Of a stretch of DNA of 64,000 bases, positions 9,993 to 20,074 are shown piece by piece. Position 1 is the stretch's first letter. Each line of letters opens with the position of its first letter. Both the position numbers and the translations under genes were made by a program. The notes beneath the pieces were generated by a model that had not been told where the DNA came from, made no database searches, and saw only the letters and a program-made list of their open reading frames with translations. Source of the stretch: Alphaproteobacteria bacterium (GTDB lineage: Bacteria; Pseudomonadota; Alphaproteobacteria; UBA828). Location: assembly GCA_965237415.1 (NCBI GenBank), contig CBDEFM010000001.1, positions 320,001 to 384,000 of the forward strand. The letters run 5' to 3'.

Positions 9993-12974
9993 ATGCTCTC
10001 GATCGGGGCGCTGACCTCGGCGGCGCAAGGAGCGTCCTACTACGAACGCGATGGCTACTACGCGAAGGACGATCCCGACCACCGCGCCGCCAGCGCCTGG
10101 GCCGGAAAGGGCGCGGCCGAACTCGGGCTCGACGGCCCGGTCGACGCCGAGGTCTTCCGGGCGGTCCTGGAAGGCAAGGTGCCCGACGGCTCGGGGCAAC
10201 GACTCGGGCGCCGCGGCAAGGACGGGGAGATCGCCCACCGTCCGGGCCGCGACCTGACCTTCTCGGCGCCGAAATCGGCCTCTCTGGCGGCGCTGGTCGG
10301 CGGCGATGCGCGCATCGTCGAGGCCCACGACCGCGCGGTGAAGGCGACGCTCGGCTGGATCGAGAAGAACGCGGCCGAGACCCGGATGCAGGACCGGGAT
10401 ACCGGGAAGATGGTCCGCGTCGGCGGCCAGGAGATCGTCGCCGCCACCTTCCGCCATGACACCTCGCGCAATCTCGATCCGCAGCTCCATACCCATGCCG
10501 TACTGGCGAACATGGTGAAGGGCCCCGATGGCAAGTGGGACGGCAAGTGGCGGACCATGGCCAATGAAGGATTGTACGAACGCCAGAAGCTGATCGGCAT
10601 GCTCTACCGCAACGAGCTGGCAAGTGGTCTGGCTCGGCTCGGCTACGACATCGAGAAGACCCATGCCGACGGGCGCTTCGAGATCGGGGGCGTCTCGCGC
10701 CAGGTGGTTGAGGCGTTCTCGACGCGCCGCGCCGAGATCGAGGCGGCGATGGCGGAGCGCAATCTCGGGAACTCGGCGGACAATCCCCGCCTCGCCGAGC
10801 GGGCGGCGCTGATGACCCGCGCCGGGAAGCGCGATGTCGACCGGGACGAGCTCCGGGGCGTCTGGGAGAAGCAGGCGGCCGAAATCGGGTTCGATGTACG
10901 GGGACTGGTTGCCGACGCGGCGTCGAAGACCGCCGCGCCGGCCATGCAGGGCCCGGAAGCGGTGGCGGAACGGAGCACGGCGCGGGAATCGATGCCTGCC
11001 GGGAGCCGCGATGTGGCCGGTGCGCCGGGCGTGGATAGGGCGGCGGCGGACAGGTCCGACCTGGAGGGAAGACCGGCCGCGGGGGCCGTCGTCTGGGCGA
11101 TGGCGCATCTCTCTGAGCGCGAGGCGGTGTTCGCCCGCGCCGATCTCTTCGCCGCGGCGCTTGCACACGCGCCCGGAGCCGTCTCGATCGCCGACGCCGA
11201 ACGCGAAGTCGCCGCGCTGGAGAAGGACGGGACGCTGCACGCCGCGCGCCTGCCGGGCGCGGAGGACTCCCTGGCGACCGACCGGACCGTCGGCGAGGAA
11301 CGCGAGACGGTGGCGCTGATGCGCGCAGGGTCCGACCAGGGGCGCGCGCCGATGCGGGGCTGGTCGGTCCAGGGGTATCTCAACAAGGGACCGCTCACGG
11401 CCGGCCAGAAGGATGCCGTCAAGCTGATCCTGTCGGCGAAGGACCGGGTGGTCGGCGTCCAGGGCTATGCCGGTACCGGCAAGACGACGATGCTGGATAG
11501 AGCGCGGACCCTCGCCGGGAAGAAGGGCTACCGCATGCTCGGGCTCGCGCCCTCGGCCTCGGCGGTGAAGACGCTGGCGGCAGAGGCCGGCATCGAGAGC
11601 GAGACCCTGCAAAGGTTCCTCGCGCGCAATGCCGGCGTCGCCCAGGGCAGGCTCACGAAGAAGGGCGCGAAGGAGATGCGCGCGGCCTTTGCCAAGACCA
11701 TCCTGGTGGTCGACGAGGGCTCGCTCGCCTCGACCGTGCAGGCCCGCGACCTGCTGCGGATCGCCAACGAGGTCCGCATCCCGCGCGTGGTGCTGGTCGG
11801 CGACGCCAAGCAGCTGGATGCGGTCGATGCCGGCAAGCCGTTCGCCCAGCTCCAGGCCGCGGGCATGCGGACCGCGACCATGGACGAGATCATGCGCCAG
11901 CGCGATCCGGAGCTGAAAGCGGCCGTCGAGGCGAGCCTGAAGGGCGATATCGCCAAGGCCTTCGAGAAGCTCGGCAGCAATGTCGCCGAGGTGAAACCCG
12001 ACAATATCGCCGGCGCGGTCGCCGCGCGCTGGCTCAAGCTCTCCCCGGAGCAGCGCGAGAACACAGGCGTGATGGCGCCGAGCCATGCGCTGCGCCAGGA
12101 GATCAACGGCCATATCCGCGAGCGCCTCGCCCGCGAGGGCCGCATCCACGGGCCCGTGATGGCGGCCGAGCGCCTGGTCTCGAAGGGCTACACCAATGCC
12201 GAGAAGGCGCTCGCCGGGAACTATGCGGTCGGCGATGTCGTCGCTTTCCATCGTCCCTACAAACGGATCGGCGTCGAGAAAGGCGACGAACGCCGTGTCA
12301 CCGGCGTCGACCACAAGGCCCGCACCGTGCTGCTCGACGACGGGAACGGCAAGACCGCTCACTGGAAACCCGGCGAGATCGGCGGACGGCAGGGCGGAAC
12401 CGAGGTCTACCGGGCCGAAGGGATCGAGCTGCGCGCCGGCGACCGCATCCGCTGGACCCGCAACGATGCCGGTCTGGGGCTCGTGAACAGCCGCACCGCC
12501 GAGGTGGTCTCGGCGGCCAACGGACAGGTGGCGTTCAGGCTGGAGGATGGCCGCAGGCTGGATCTCGGCAGCGGCGATCCGCAACTGCGCCATCTCGACC
12601 ATGCCTGGGCCTCGACCGTGCATGCGTTTCAGGGGCGTACCGTCGATGCGGTGATCGCCGCCATGGAAGCGCGCCACCCGCATCTGACGACGCAGAAGTC
12701 GTTCTACGTGGAAATCAGCCGCGCAAGAGACAGAGCGGAGCTGGTCACCGACGACGCGGCGGAACTCCGGGCCCAGCTCCAGGCCGTCACGGGCGAGCGC
12801 ATCGCGGCGCTCGAAGGGATCGGCGAGATGCCCCGCGAGGCGGCGGGCAAGGGTGCCGAAGCGGCGAAAGTGGGGGCCGGGAAGGAACCGGACCAGCCCG
12901 TGGCACAACAGAAGGACCGCGATCTACTGGCACCCGAACGTGGCAAGGCGGCGGGGATGGATCTCGGGCTGTAA
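9993..12974 (+). CDS. traI: MOB_F relaxase-helicase (TrwC/TraI family)
   Basis: YYERDGYY tyrosines, DLTFSAPKS, HDTSRNLDPQLHTH, helicase motifs GYAGTGKT, VVDEGSL and TVHAFQGRT. Confidence 0.95.
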   Translation: MLSIGALTSAAQGASYYERDGYYAKDDPDHRAASAWAGKGAAELGLDGPVDAEVFRAVLEGKVPDGSGQRLGRRGKDGEIAHRPGRDLTFSAPKSASLAALVGGDARIVEAHDRAVKATLGWIEKNAAETRMQDRDTGKMVRVGGQEIVAATFRHDTSRNLDPQLHTHAVLANMVKGPDGKWDGKWRTMANEGLYERQKLIGMLYRNELASGLARLGYDIEKTHADGRFEIGGVSRQVVEAFSTRRAEIEAAMAERNLGNSADNPRLAERAALMTRAGKRDVDRDELRGVWEKQAAEIGFDVRGLVADAASKTAAPAMQGPEAVAERSTARESMPAGSRDVAGAPGVDRAAADRSDLEGRPAAGAVVWAMAHLSEREAVFARADLFAAALAHAPGAVSIADAEREVAALEKDGTLHAARLPGAEDSLATDRTVGEERETVALMRAGSDQGRAPMRGWSVQGYLNKGPLTAGQKDAVKLILSAKDRVVGVQGYAGTGKTTMLDRARTLAGKKGYRMLGLAPSASAVKTLAAEAGIESETLQRFLARNAGVAQGRLTKKGAKEMRAAFAKTILVVDEGSLASTVQARDLLRIANEVRIPRVVLVGDAKQLDAVDAGKPFAQLQAAGMRTATMDEIMRQRDPELKAAVEASLKGDIAKAFEKLGSNVAEVKPDNIAGAVAARWLKLSPEQRENTGVMAPSHALRQEINGHIRERLAREGRIHGPVMAAERLVSKGYTNAEKALAGNYAVGDVVAFHRPYKRIGVEKGDERRVTGVDHKARTVLLDDGNGKTAHWKPGEIGGRQGGTEVYRAEGIELRAGDRIRWTRNDAGLGLVNSRTAEVVSAANGQVAFRLEDGRRLDLGSGDPQLRHLDHAWASTVHAFQGRTVDAVIAAMEARHPHLTTQKSFYVEISRARDRAELVTDDAAELRAQLQAVTGERIAALEGIGEMPREAAGKGAEAAKVGAGKEPDQPVAQQKDRDLLAPERGKAAGMDLGL

Positions 12975-13150
12975 TGGGCAAAGCGAGGCGTGCGCACATC
13001 TGAGTCCGAAGCGGACCGCCGGAGACGGCGATATCCCCTTGCGGGGTGATGATGGCGGTTTGGGGAGACGCGCGAAAATGCCGGGCAGTCGAGCGCGGGC
13101 ACCTTCCTATCCGATCGATTTGGACTGAATGAGCGGTCCATTCTCTGAAT

Positions 13151-15355
13151 TCAACGAGGACCACCGGTCGATGTAAGTGCGTCGCTGGCGGAGGTGGGGG
13201 TGGTGTCAGTGTCGGGCTTTTCCAGCGCAAGGATTGCCGTTCGCATTTCTTCCAAGCGGTCAACGATATCCGACCTCATGCGGACGGATCGTGCGAATTG
13301 TTGCCAACGCTTGAACTGCTCAAGCAAGGCCCCGACCTGCCCCGATTTCCGATTCATTACTTCGTACATTGTGGCCGGCGAAGCGCCGTTGCGGTAGGCA
13401 TTCAAGCAACATTCGGCCACCATGGCGTCATCTCCTCCGAGGGAGTCTATATCTCGGAAGAGGAATTCGCTGTACCTTGATGCGGTGGCTGAATCGTCCG
13501 ATTCGGGCAAGCCGTCCGGTGTGGCCAGGCTACGAAACACGATTGGATGCAGGGCGAACAAGCACTTGATGTGCATCTCTATGCGTTCGGTCGGATTCCA
13601 TGGGGAATTCGTAAGCCAACAGTCCCGAACCCCTTCGAACACCTTGCCCCACAACGCCGCTGCATCGTCAGGGGATTCATCGGGCTGCGACATCAACCAA
13701 CGGATCGCCGACGTTCCGGTCGCGAGAAGGAACAGTGTAGGCGCCAGAGCATCGCCATCACGGGTTTCTCGGCAGTGCTGGGCACGCCGTCTGTGCTCGG
13801 TCAGCAATTCCCATGACTTTAGCCAGCGCGAGGCGGGTTCATCCGTGTTTGCCAGAAGGTATCCGCAATTCTTCGCCGGCATGCTGTCCGGGTCACGAAT
13901 CAGAGCGGCTTCGGTCTCGAAGGCCGAATCCCGTGAGACCAGCAAGGCATCGAGCCGGTCAAGCAGTGCACGTACGTTTTCTGAAGACCCGTTGCCGATC
14001 CTGTGGTCGAGCAACGCGATTATCGAAAGCGCTCCGAGGCGTGGACTTGTTTCACCGTCGTCGGGCGCCGCGGGCTTCACAGCGGTGATCTTGGCGAGGT
14101 CCGGGCGTTCCGGTAAGACCACAATGGCGGAGATCGCATCTTCCGCGAGACCTGCCCTGGCAAGACCGAGAGCGATCCATTCGATCAGTTCGTCTTCATG
14201 AAGGTGATCCTGGCGGTCACCTTCGGCAGCACGGCCCCGCCCGCGGTGCATGCGTTCATCCGATGTCTTGAGCAGAAGCCACCACGCACCAAGGAACCGC
14301 CCGTCCTGTCGCGCCATGATAATTTGGCCGATCTGTTCGAGCCATGTTGAAAGGGTGTCTTTGGTTTCATCGTTGGTTTCCGAAGCGACCCTTCGGTTGT
14401 CGTTGGCTCGGCATGCCGCGCGCCATAGTTCCCGGCAATGCTGCTCCACAGATTCCAGTAAGAGGAAGGCTGGTAACCGGTGATTCCACGACTGGTTGTC
14501 ATCGCTGCAAATTGGTGCGGCCTCAAGCGCGGCGGCGATCTGGCAACGGTCGTGCAGGATCGTGCAGTACTGAAGAACCTGGCGGATCGGGTGCGGAAAG
14601 TCGAAGCTGTCCACATGATCAAGGACGGCTGCTTCGTCAACCGAAAGTATGGCTGGAATCATATCGAGGCAGCGGTAGTGGACCGGAAACCATTGGCCTC
14701 CGTCCATCCAGAGATCCTCAATTGAGGGTTTCGAACGCCACTCGTCCACGGCGGCATTGAAAGCTGGTCGTTCTCTCGTAGTGGTTCCGATCCCCGGATC
14801 CCTCTTGATGGCGTCGATACACGCCTTCAGGTCCGACAGTATCGCCTCGAATGCCAACGGACACCTGCGCAACAGTTCGCGAAGTGACTCTTGGTATGCG
14901 CAGTCGACGGACCCGCCGGAACCGGAGAGCGTCCAGAGTATGCGAAGTCGGTGTCTCGGGACGGGATTCCCTGTTTGCAGTTCATCGACCAAGGCCTTAG
15001 CCAGAGCCTGTCCTAACAGCCAAGCCAGACCGTTCTTCTGGTCATCTTCGCCTCGCTCCAGCAGACCTTTGAAAGATTCCTCGAGAGATTGTCGCCGCGT
15101 TGGATCGGGAAGACGGTCGAAAGACCGCATGGGAGAGTGTTCAGGCGGAAGCGCGAGGAGGTCCGACAGGCCGTTGATTCCGCTCCGGACGTCCAAAACA
15201 TCCATGCTGAGCAATGCGCGCCTGCACCAAAGCGCGAGGGCAGAAACGATGTCCGGGGCGTCTGCGAGCGCTCGCGCGGCTTCCCGCGCGGCGTCGGCTT
15301 CCTGCCGAGATTCTGCGAGCCAAGCCTGATTGTGTTCGAACATCGGGTCACGCAT
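13151..15355 (-). CDS. Hypothetical protein, 734 aa, no motif recognised
   Basis: Long ORF in a lower-GC segment, GGAGG RBS, downstream of the VPA1262-like gene. Confidence 0.8.
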   Translation of the reverse strand: MRDPMFEHNQAWLAESRQEADAAREAARALADAPDIVSALALWCRRALLSMDVLDVRSGINGLSDLLALPPEHSPMRSFDRLPDPTRRQSLEESFKGLLERGEDDQKNGLAWLLGQALAKALVDELQTGNPVPRHRLRILWTLSGSGGSVDCAYQESLRELLRRCPLAFEAILSDLKACIDAIKRDPGIGTTTRERPAFNAAVDEWRSKPSIEDLWMDGGQWFPVHYRCLDMIPAILSVDEAAVLDHVDSFDFPHPIRQVLQYCTILHDRCQIAAALEAAPICSDDNQSWNHRLPAFLLLESVEQHCRELWRAACRANDNRRVASETNDETKDTLSTWLEQIGQIIMARQDGRFLGAWWLLLKTSDERMHRGRGRAAEGDRQDHLHEDELIEWIALGLARAGLAEDAISAIVVLPERPDLAKITAVKPAAPDDGETSPRLGALSIIALLDHRIGNGSSENVRALLDRLDALLVSRDSAFETEAALIRDPDSMPAKNCGYLLANTDEPASRWLKSWELLTEHRRRAQHCRETRDGDALAPTLFLLATGTSAIRWLMSQPDESPDDAAALWGKVFEGVRDCWLTNSPWNPTERIEMHIKCLFALHPIVFRSLATPDGLPESDDSATASRYSEFLFRDIDSLGGDDAMVAECCLNAYRNGASPATMYEVMNRKSGQVGALLEQFKRWQQFARSVRMRSDIVDRLEEMRTAILALEKPDTDTTPTSASDALTSTGGPR

Positions 15356-15592
15356 TGAGTGTCCTCCAGAAATCTACGAACGATTCCCCGACGCAAGTGC
15401 CGGTGACGAACCATGGTTTGCTAACCGCGGGCGAACCGGATATCTGCCACCCACGAGGGCGCAGGGATGCCGGAGGGCTGTGTGTCTCTGTTATATCCAG
15501 GGCCACGAAGGTTGCAGAGCATTTGATGCCGAAGGGGGGGGTATATGGTTGGATCGCAGAGACAGTGCCTATGGCTGGTCGCAGGAGCCTGT

Positions 15593-17188
15593 TCATCGAC
15601 ATGGGATCCAAGCTGCCAAACGGTCGAGCCATGACCGAAGGCGGCATTTCTTGGGTGTTGCCGCTTGACTTGACAACCACTCGGACAGGGCCGGAGCATC
15701 TTGCCAGAACTCTTCAAGCCGCAGGATGACCTGCGCCGGAGAGGGAAGGCGGACGATCATGCTGGCGCGCTCTCCTATCGTGTTTAAGGAGTTTCCCGAG
15801 AACCAGACGTTCTCATCAACGACCAAGAACCGGTCGTGCACAGCGGCCTTTTTGCCGGATAGGACACGAATCTCCGGCTTTACGCGATAGGTCGTGAATG
15901 TTTGATTTAGGTAGTCAAGAAGCTGCAACTCGGATTCTTTTCCTGCTTGAGCGCCCTGACCTGAAGCTTTGAGTCCTTGGGCTGAAGTAAGAATGCGCAA
16001 CTGAACGTCGGTGCGCCGAATAGCATGTCCAAACTGCAACAGTTCCCGGCCGGCGAAATAGGGATCGACGATCAAGACCTCATCACGAGCATCGCCGATC
16101 TTCTGGCGCACATATTTTTCAGCCTTGGATGTATCGTCATGGAACCATTGCTGATCGTAATCGCACGAGGCTCGCCGGCTTTTCGCAGCTGCCAAGCGTG
16201 AAACGATGTCAGAATCATCCAGCGCATCGCCAGTAACGGCTTCCCCCGCGTCTTCGAGTTCGTCGACTTCATACGTATGGGCCGGGCGTTTGCGGCCCCC
16301 CCGGGGCACCTGAATGCTTTTTCGGCGGCTTGCCACTTCGAAACCGACGCGTATCTTTCTTATGATGGTGCCAGGTTCGCGCCAGGAGAGCAGGCCGTGT
16401 TCAGGGTGCGTGACCGACCGCCCCTCCCTGTAGATTTTCGCCGGCGATTGGAAAATCGCTGTCGTTTCACTGCCGAACGGGTGAATGAACGGATCCATGC
16501 GTCCACGCAGACGCTCGTTGACAACCTCCAAGCGCAACCCGGCGAGAGATTGGCCCTTGCGGGGCACAATTTTGTACGCCACGGTTTCCGCGTCACCCAG
16601 GCCCGGCTGCTCAAGGTGCGACTTGGCGATGGACCGGAAGAGTGGGTTCGGGGCGACTAGACAAATCGCGCCCTGGTACTCGGAATAGATGTCGACCATG
16701 TCGAAATTCATCCACTCGGACAGTTTTGTTCGGATTTTTTCGTCACTAATGAGGCCAGTGATCCCCGAAGCGAGGGGGTTCTTTGGAAACAGGAAATGGG
16801 CCCGCGAACCCTGCATCCAGTCTGGTGCGAACGCCAGTTCGTTCGAGGTAACCAATGCAGGCCAAGGTGGTTCCTGAAAAAATGGGCCACCTAGGAGCTT
16901 CATACCGTCACCCGGCGTTAGGAGATCCGGATCGGCGGGCAGAACAGGGTCGGCGCAGAAGGCGGCCGTATACCATGAGATTGCGTCGCTCACGGAAAGA
17001 GCGAAACGCCGATAGTGGATGTGTCTGCGACCCTTGTTTCCGACGCGGGCATTCTTTGTTGGACAACCAGGTACGCGGCAGAACTCGGTGGGGCGCAGCT
17101 CCACCATGGCGAAGAGCAAATGCCGGATTTTGTCGTCGCGAAACCAGGCAAGGTGGATGACTGCCTGGTCATATCCGTCAAAGTTCAT
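15593..17188 (-). CDS. VPA1262-family protein with C-terminal PLD-like domain
   Basis: C-terminal VLIVDPYF...LRILTS...VHDRFLVVDENVWFSGNSLN (variant HKD PLD fold). Confidence 0.72.
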   Translation of the reverse strand: MNFDGYDQAVIHLAWFRDDKIRHLLFAMVELRPTEFCRVPGCPTKNARVGNKGRRHIHYRRFALSVSDAISWYTAAFCADPVLPADPDLLTPGDGMKLLGGPFFQEPPWPALVTSNELAFAPDWMQGSRAHFLFPKNPLASGITGLISDEKIRTKLSEWMNFDMVDIYSEYQGAICLVAPNPLFRSIAKSHLEQPGLGDAETVAYKIVPRKGQSLAGLRLEVVNERLRGRMDPFIHPFGSETTAIFQSPAKIYREGRSVTHPEHGLLSWREPGTIIRKIRVGFEVASRRKSIQVPRGGRKRPAHTYEVDELEDAGEAVTGDALDDSDIVSRLAAAKSRRASCDYDQQWFHDDTSKAEKYVRQKIGDARDEVLIVDPYFAGRELLQFGHAIRRTDVQLRILTSAQGLKASGQGAQAGKESELQLLDYLNQTFTTYRVKPEIRVLSGKKAAVHDRFLVVDENVWFSGNSLNTIGERASMIVRLPSPAQVILRLEEFWQDAPALSEWLSSQAATPKKCRLRSWLDRLAAWIPCR

Positions 17189-17564
17189 CGCCGTAACTCC
17201 CGATACCCCTGTCGCAGTCGCAGCGGGGTTCCGGAACAAGGGACGCGGCTGCGCAACACAAGGTCAATCCCGGATTCCGTCTCAAAAAAATGCACACGCA
17301 TCTCAGGAGTCGGCGAAATGAGGCGGAACCCAGCGGTGTCAGTCTGGCTGATCCGGTGGAGGTCGTGCGTTTTCGGGCGTATATGACGAGAGCGCCCCAT
17401 CCAGATTTCGGCCTGACCCGCTCGATTGACGGCTTGTCGAAATTCCAAGGCTGGAGGTCGTCGAGGCGGTCGCTGGCGGTGGCTTTGACGGCAAAGTGCG
17501 GGCCAATTGCCCGCGGTCCGGGACGGTGAAGTGAATTCCGGGAAATACCAGTGGAGCGGGCGCA

Positions 17565-17945
17565 TCACTTGCCCTCTCGCGATGTCTCGCGGACCAGCTC
17601 GGCCTGAGAGTCACGTGCCGCCTCGATGATCTTTTCCAACGCGTCATCGCGTCCTTCGGAGAGCATTTCATCGCGCTTCAGGGTCGCAACGATATAGGTG
17701 CTCCGGTAAATCCGGCGGATCGTTTCGACCATCTCGGCATCGAGGGCGGCGATTCTGCCCTCGGCGACGTCGACCGCGGCGGTGCGGACGTACTCGGCCG
17801 CGGGGATTCCCCGCTTGTTTGCGGCGCGTTCGACGCTTTCCCACTCTGGATCGGAGAAGCGGATGGTCTTCGCGCGGCGCGTGTCGGCCCGTTTTTCCTG
17901 GCCTTCCGCGGCTTTTTCGTTCGGTTTCTCGTCGTTTTCATCCAT
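17565..17945 (-). CDS. Ribbon-helix-helix protein, probable relaxosome accessory factor
   Basis: KTIRFSDPEWESVERAANKRGIPAAEYVRTAA RHH pattern; adjacent to predicted oriT; alternative start at 17963. Confidence 0.75.
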   Translation of the reverse strand: MDENDEKPNEKAAEGQEKRADTRRAKTIRFSDPEWESVERAANKRGIPAAEYVRTAAVDVAEGRIAALDAEMVETIRRIYRSTYIVATLKRDEMLSEGRDDALEKIIEAARDSQAELVRETSREGK

Positions 17946-18035
17946 GTTTTTTTTCCGAGGCATAGCGGTGGCTGCCCGCAAAACGGCTTGAAGGCGCGCG
18001 AAACGGGGCGCCCGAATGTCGAGTGTGCACGCATC

Positions 18036-18098
18036 GGCGAATGCCAAATAGCATGCGCGTAGGAAACTACCTGATTCGGGGCGAATGCCAAATAGCAT
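18036..18098. repeat. 19-bp perfect direct repeat GGCGAATGCCAAATAGCAT (18036-18054, 18080-18098)
   Basis: Seen directly, 44-bp period; lies between the RHH gene and nic, so a likely accessory-protein binding site. Confidence 0.8.
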
Positions 18099-18231
18099 CC
18101 GCTCGCACGAACTCCAGTCAAAACAAGGGGTTGGCGCGTATGCTCCAGAGCATTCGCTCGGTCCAACAACACCCAGGCGTCGAAAGGCACCGAGAGAGGC
18201 CGAAAGGGCACGACATAAGTGCCAATGGCAT

Positions 18232-18262
18232 ACACCCGCAGCCTGCTGCGTGGGGTGTGAGA
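18232..18262 (+). promoter_or_regulatory. oriT: oriT core, predicted nic between 18258 and 18259
   Basis: TGCGTGGGGTGT^G matches the F-plasmid nic sequence; overlapping hairpin CGCAGC-CT-GCTGCG; MOB_F relaxase on the element. Confidence 0.8.
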
Positions 18263-18618
18263 CCCAAGGCCGCCCCGGCGGTACGGAACAGCCAATCGAG
18301 CGGCAGAAGCGATGGGGGAATCGATGCCGGCGAAGCCGGCGGAGGGGAGCCGCCACGGCGCTTGAGTGGCGGGCACTGCGGCCAGCGCCGAAGGCAGTCG
18401 CGCGAAGCGCGCTGCCGGAGGCGCGGGCGGAGGTGTCCGAACTGGTGCGGACACCGATGCACGGCGCGGTGCGCGGCCCGGTGACGGGCGAAGCCCGCAC
18501 CGGCGACGCGGGAGCGGAACGCGACACGGCGAGCGCTGCGCGAAGCGCGAGCGCGAGAACCGGACGGCGGATGCCGGGCACGGTGTGCGGAACTTCGGCA
18601 CGGCCTGTCAGCCTGGAG

Positions 18619-18727
18619 GGCAAGCGGAGCGCGCAGTGAGCGTAGCGAACGGAGGCGATAGGGATTGCAGTGGAAATCGGAGCGCAGCGGAGATTGGAGC
18701 GGAAAGCCCGGCCCGAAGGGATCGCCC
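18619..18727 (+). repeat. 109-bp structured repeat, copy A
   Basis: Ungapped alignment to 20371-20479 with 16 mismatches (hand count). Confidence 0.85.
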
Positions 18728-19048
18728 AAATCGAACGCATGAACAATCGCAAGCCTATGCCTATGGAGCACCAACACCATCGGCATGATGACCAGCATCG
18801 GCCTCGGAGTCACCGTCAGCATCAGCGACACTGCCATCAGCATCGGCGTCGTCACCGACAGGGCGCGGACATCGCCATCACGGACAACGACGGAAGGGGA
18901 AACACCGAAGCGGGGACGATGGCGCACGAAGTGAAGAGGCTTGCGCTGGCGTTGCGGACTCGTCGAGTGCACGCGGCGATGCAGGGGAAGAGCGGCGTAG
19001 GCGCCGCGCGCAGCGAAGGCGGTCGCGGCGGTGCTCGTGGTGACAACC

Positions 19049-19085
19049 AAAAAGAAAGGGCCACGCCGCCGAAGCGACGCGGCCC
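19049..19085 (-). terminator. Intrinsic terminator after the DUF2493 gene
   Basis: Minus-strand GC hairpin with TTCG loop followed by TTTCTTTTT. Confidence 0.7.
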
Positions 19086-19100
19086 GTAGTGGCGGTGCGG

Positions 19101-20024
19101 CTATGCGGCGCAGCGTTGCACCGGGATGCCGAGCTTCACGGCCTTGTCGACCAGGTTATCGGTGATGCCGGAGCCGGGGAAGGCGATGACGCCCTTCGGC
19201 AGGAGGTTCAGCAGCTCGTCGTTGCGCCGGAACGGAGCGGCCCGCCCGTGAGCGTTCCAGTCCGGCTTGCACACCACCTGGTGGACGCCGTTCCGCTCTG
19301 CCCACTGCGCCGCGATGCGCTCGATGCCGGGGCCGCCGCCGTGCACGAGGATGATGTCCGCGTACTTCGCCTTCGCCCTGTCGAGGCGGGCGATGACGGC
19401 GTTCGCGTCGGTGACCTGCTTCCCGCCCGCGATGGCGACCAGCGTTCCCTGGGGCAGGTGCGCCCTGGTCTGGCGGTCCTTCCTCGCGCGCATGAAGTCG
19501 CGTGCGTCGATGGCCGCCGAGGTGAGCTGCTTCGTCTGGCTGGTGTTCGAGCCGCGTCGCGGTCGCCAGGTGTCGCCGGTCTCGATGCGGTAGGCGTCGG
19601 CCACTGCGTCGCGTAGCTGCTCGAAGGCGTCGCGCCGGTCGCCGAGGTTCTGTGCGCGGTCGGTGACCAGCTCCAGCTCGCGGGACTTTATCTCGGTGCC
19701 GTCCTGGCTGGTCTGAAGGTCGCGGAGGTCCGGGCTGAGGCGGTCGACGCTGCGGTCGAGTCTGCGGACCTGAGCGTCGAAGGTGTTCACGAACCCCCAG
19801 AGCAGGCTCTCGCGTTCGTCGGCCATCTGGAACCCGTCCGGTCCCACCCCTTCGGCGATGATGCGGAACGCTTCGCTCACCGCGCAGGTGGCGTCGTCTT
19901 CGTCCCAGACTTCGCGGGGGTCGAACTCGCCGCGCTCGGGCGTCGCGCCGAAGAGCTGCGCGTTCTCGCAGACCGTCGCGGTCGCTGACTGGTTCTGTGT
20001 GTCGATGCTGTCGATATCGTGCAT
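19101..20024 (-). CDS. DUF2493 / YspA-related SLOG-domain protein
   Basis: C-terminal VAIAGG, LVHGGGPGIERIAAQWA, PDWNAHGRAAPFRRND, VIAFPGSGIT; AGGAG RBS. Confidence 0.85.
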   Translation of the reverse strand: MHDIDSIDTQNQSATATVCENAQLFGATPERGEFDPREVWDEDDATCAVSEAFRIIAEGVGPDGFQMADERESLLWGFVNTFDAQVRRLDRSVDRLSPDLRDLQTSQDGTEIKSRELELVTDRAQNLGDRRDAFEQLRDAVADAYRIETGDTWRPRRGSNTSQTKQLTSAAIDARDFMRARKDRQTRAHLPQGTLVAIAGGKQVTDANAVIARLDRAKAKYADIILVHGGGPGIERIAAQWAERNGVHQVVCKPDWNAHGRAAPFRRNDELLNLLPKGVIAFPGSGITDNLVDKAVKLGIPVQRCAA

Positions 20025-20074
20025 GTCATTCTCCTGATTGGAAGTGAAGAGGCATCTGCCCCTGTGCGCCGGAC

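Noticed and set aside
47-12908. Long alternative-frame and antisense ORFs over the tra genes (e.g. 2841-5696, 7583-9916, 9783-12908)
   Set aside because: Arg/Pro/Gly-rich shadow ORFs expected at high GC; they overlap well-supported genes
17565-18752. 395-aa ORF spanning oriT
   Set aside because: Only the last ~126 aa look like protein (RHH); the rest crosses oriT and the hairpin array
18739-18933. His/Arg-rich ORF and short CAGCATCGGC repeats as a CRISPR or metal-binding peptide
   Set aside because: Repeats are about 10 bp, irregular and lack spacers; no convincing RBS or frame
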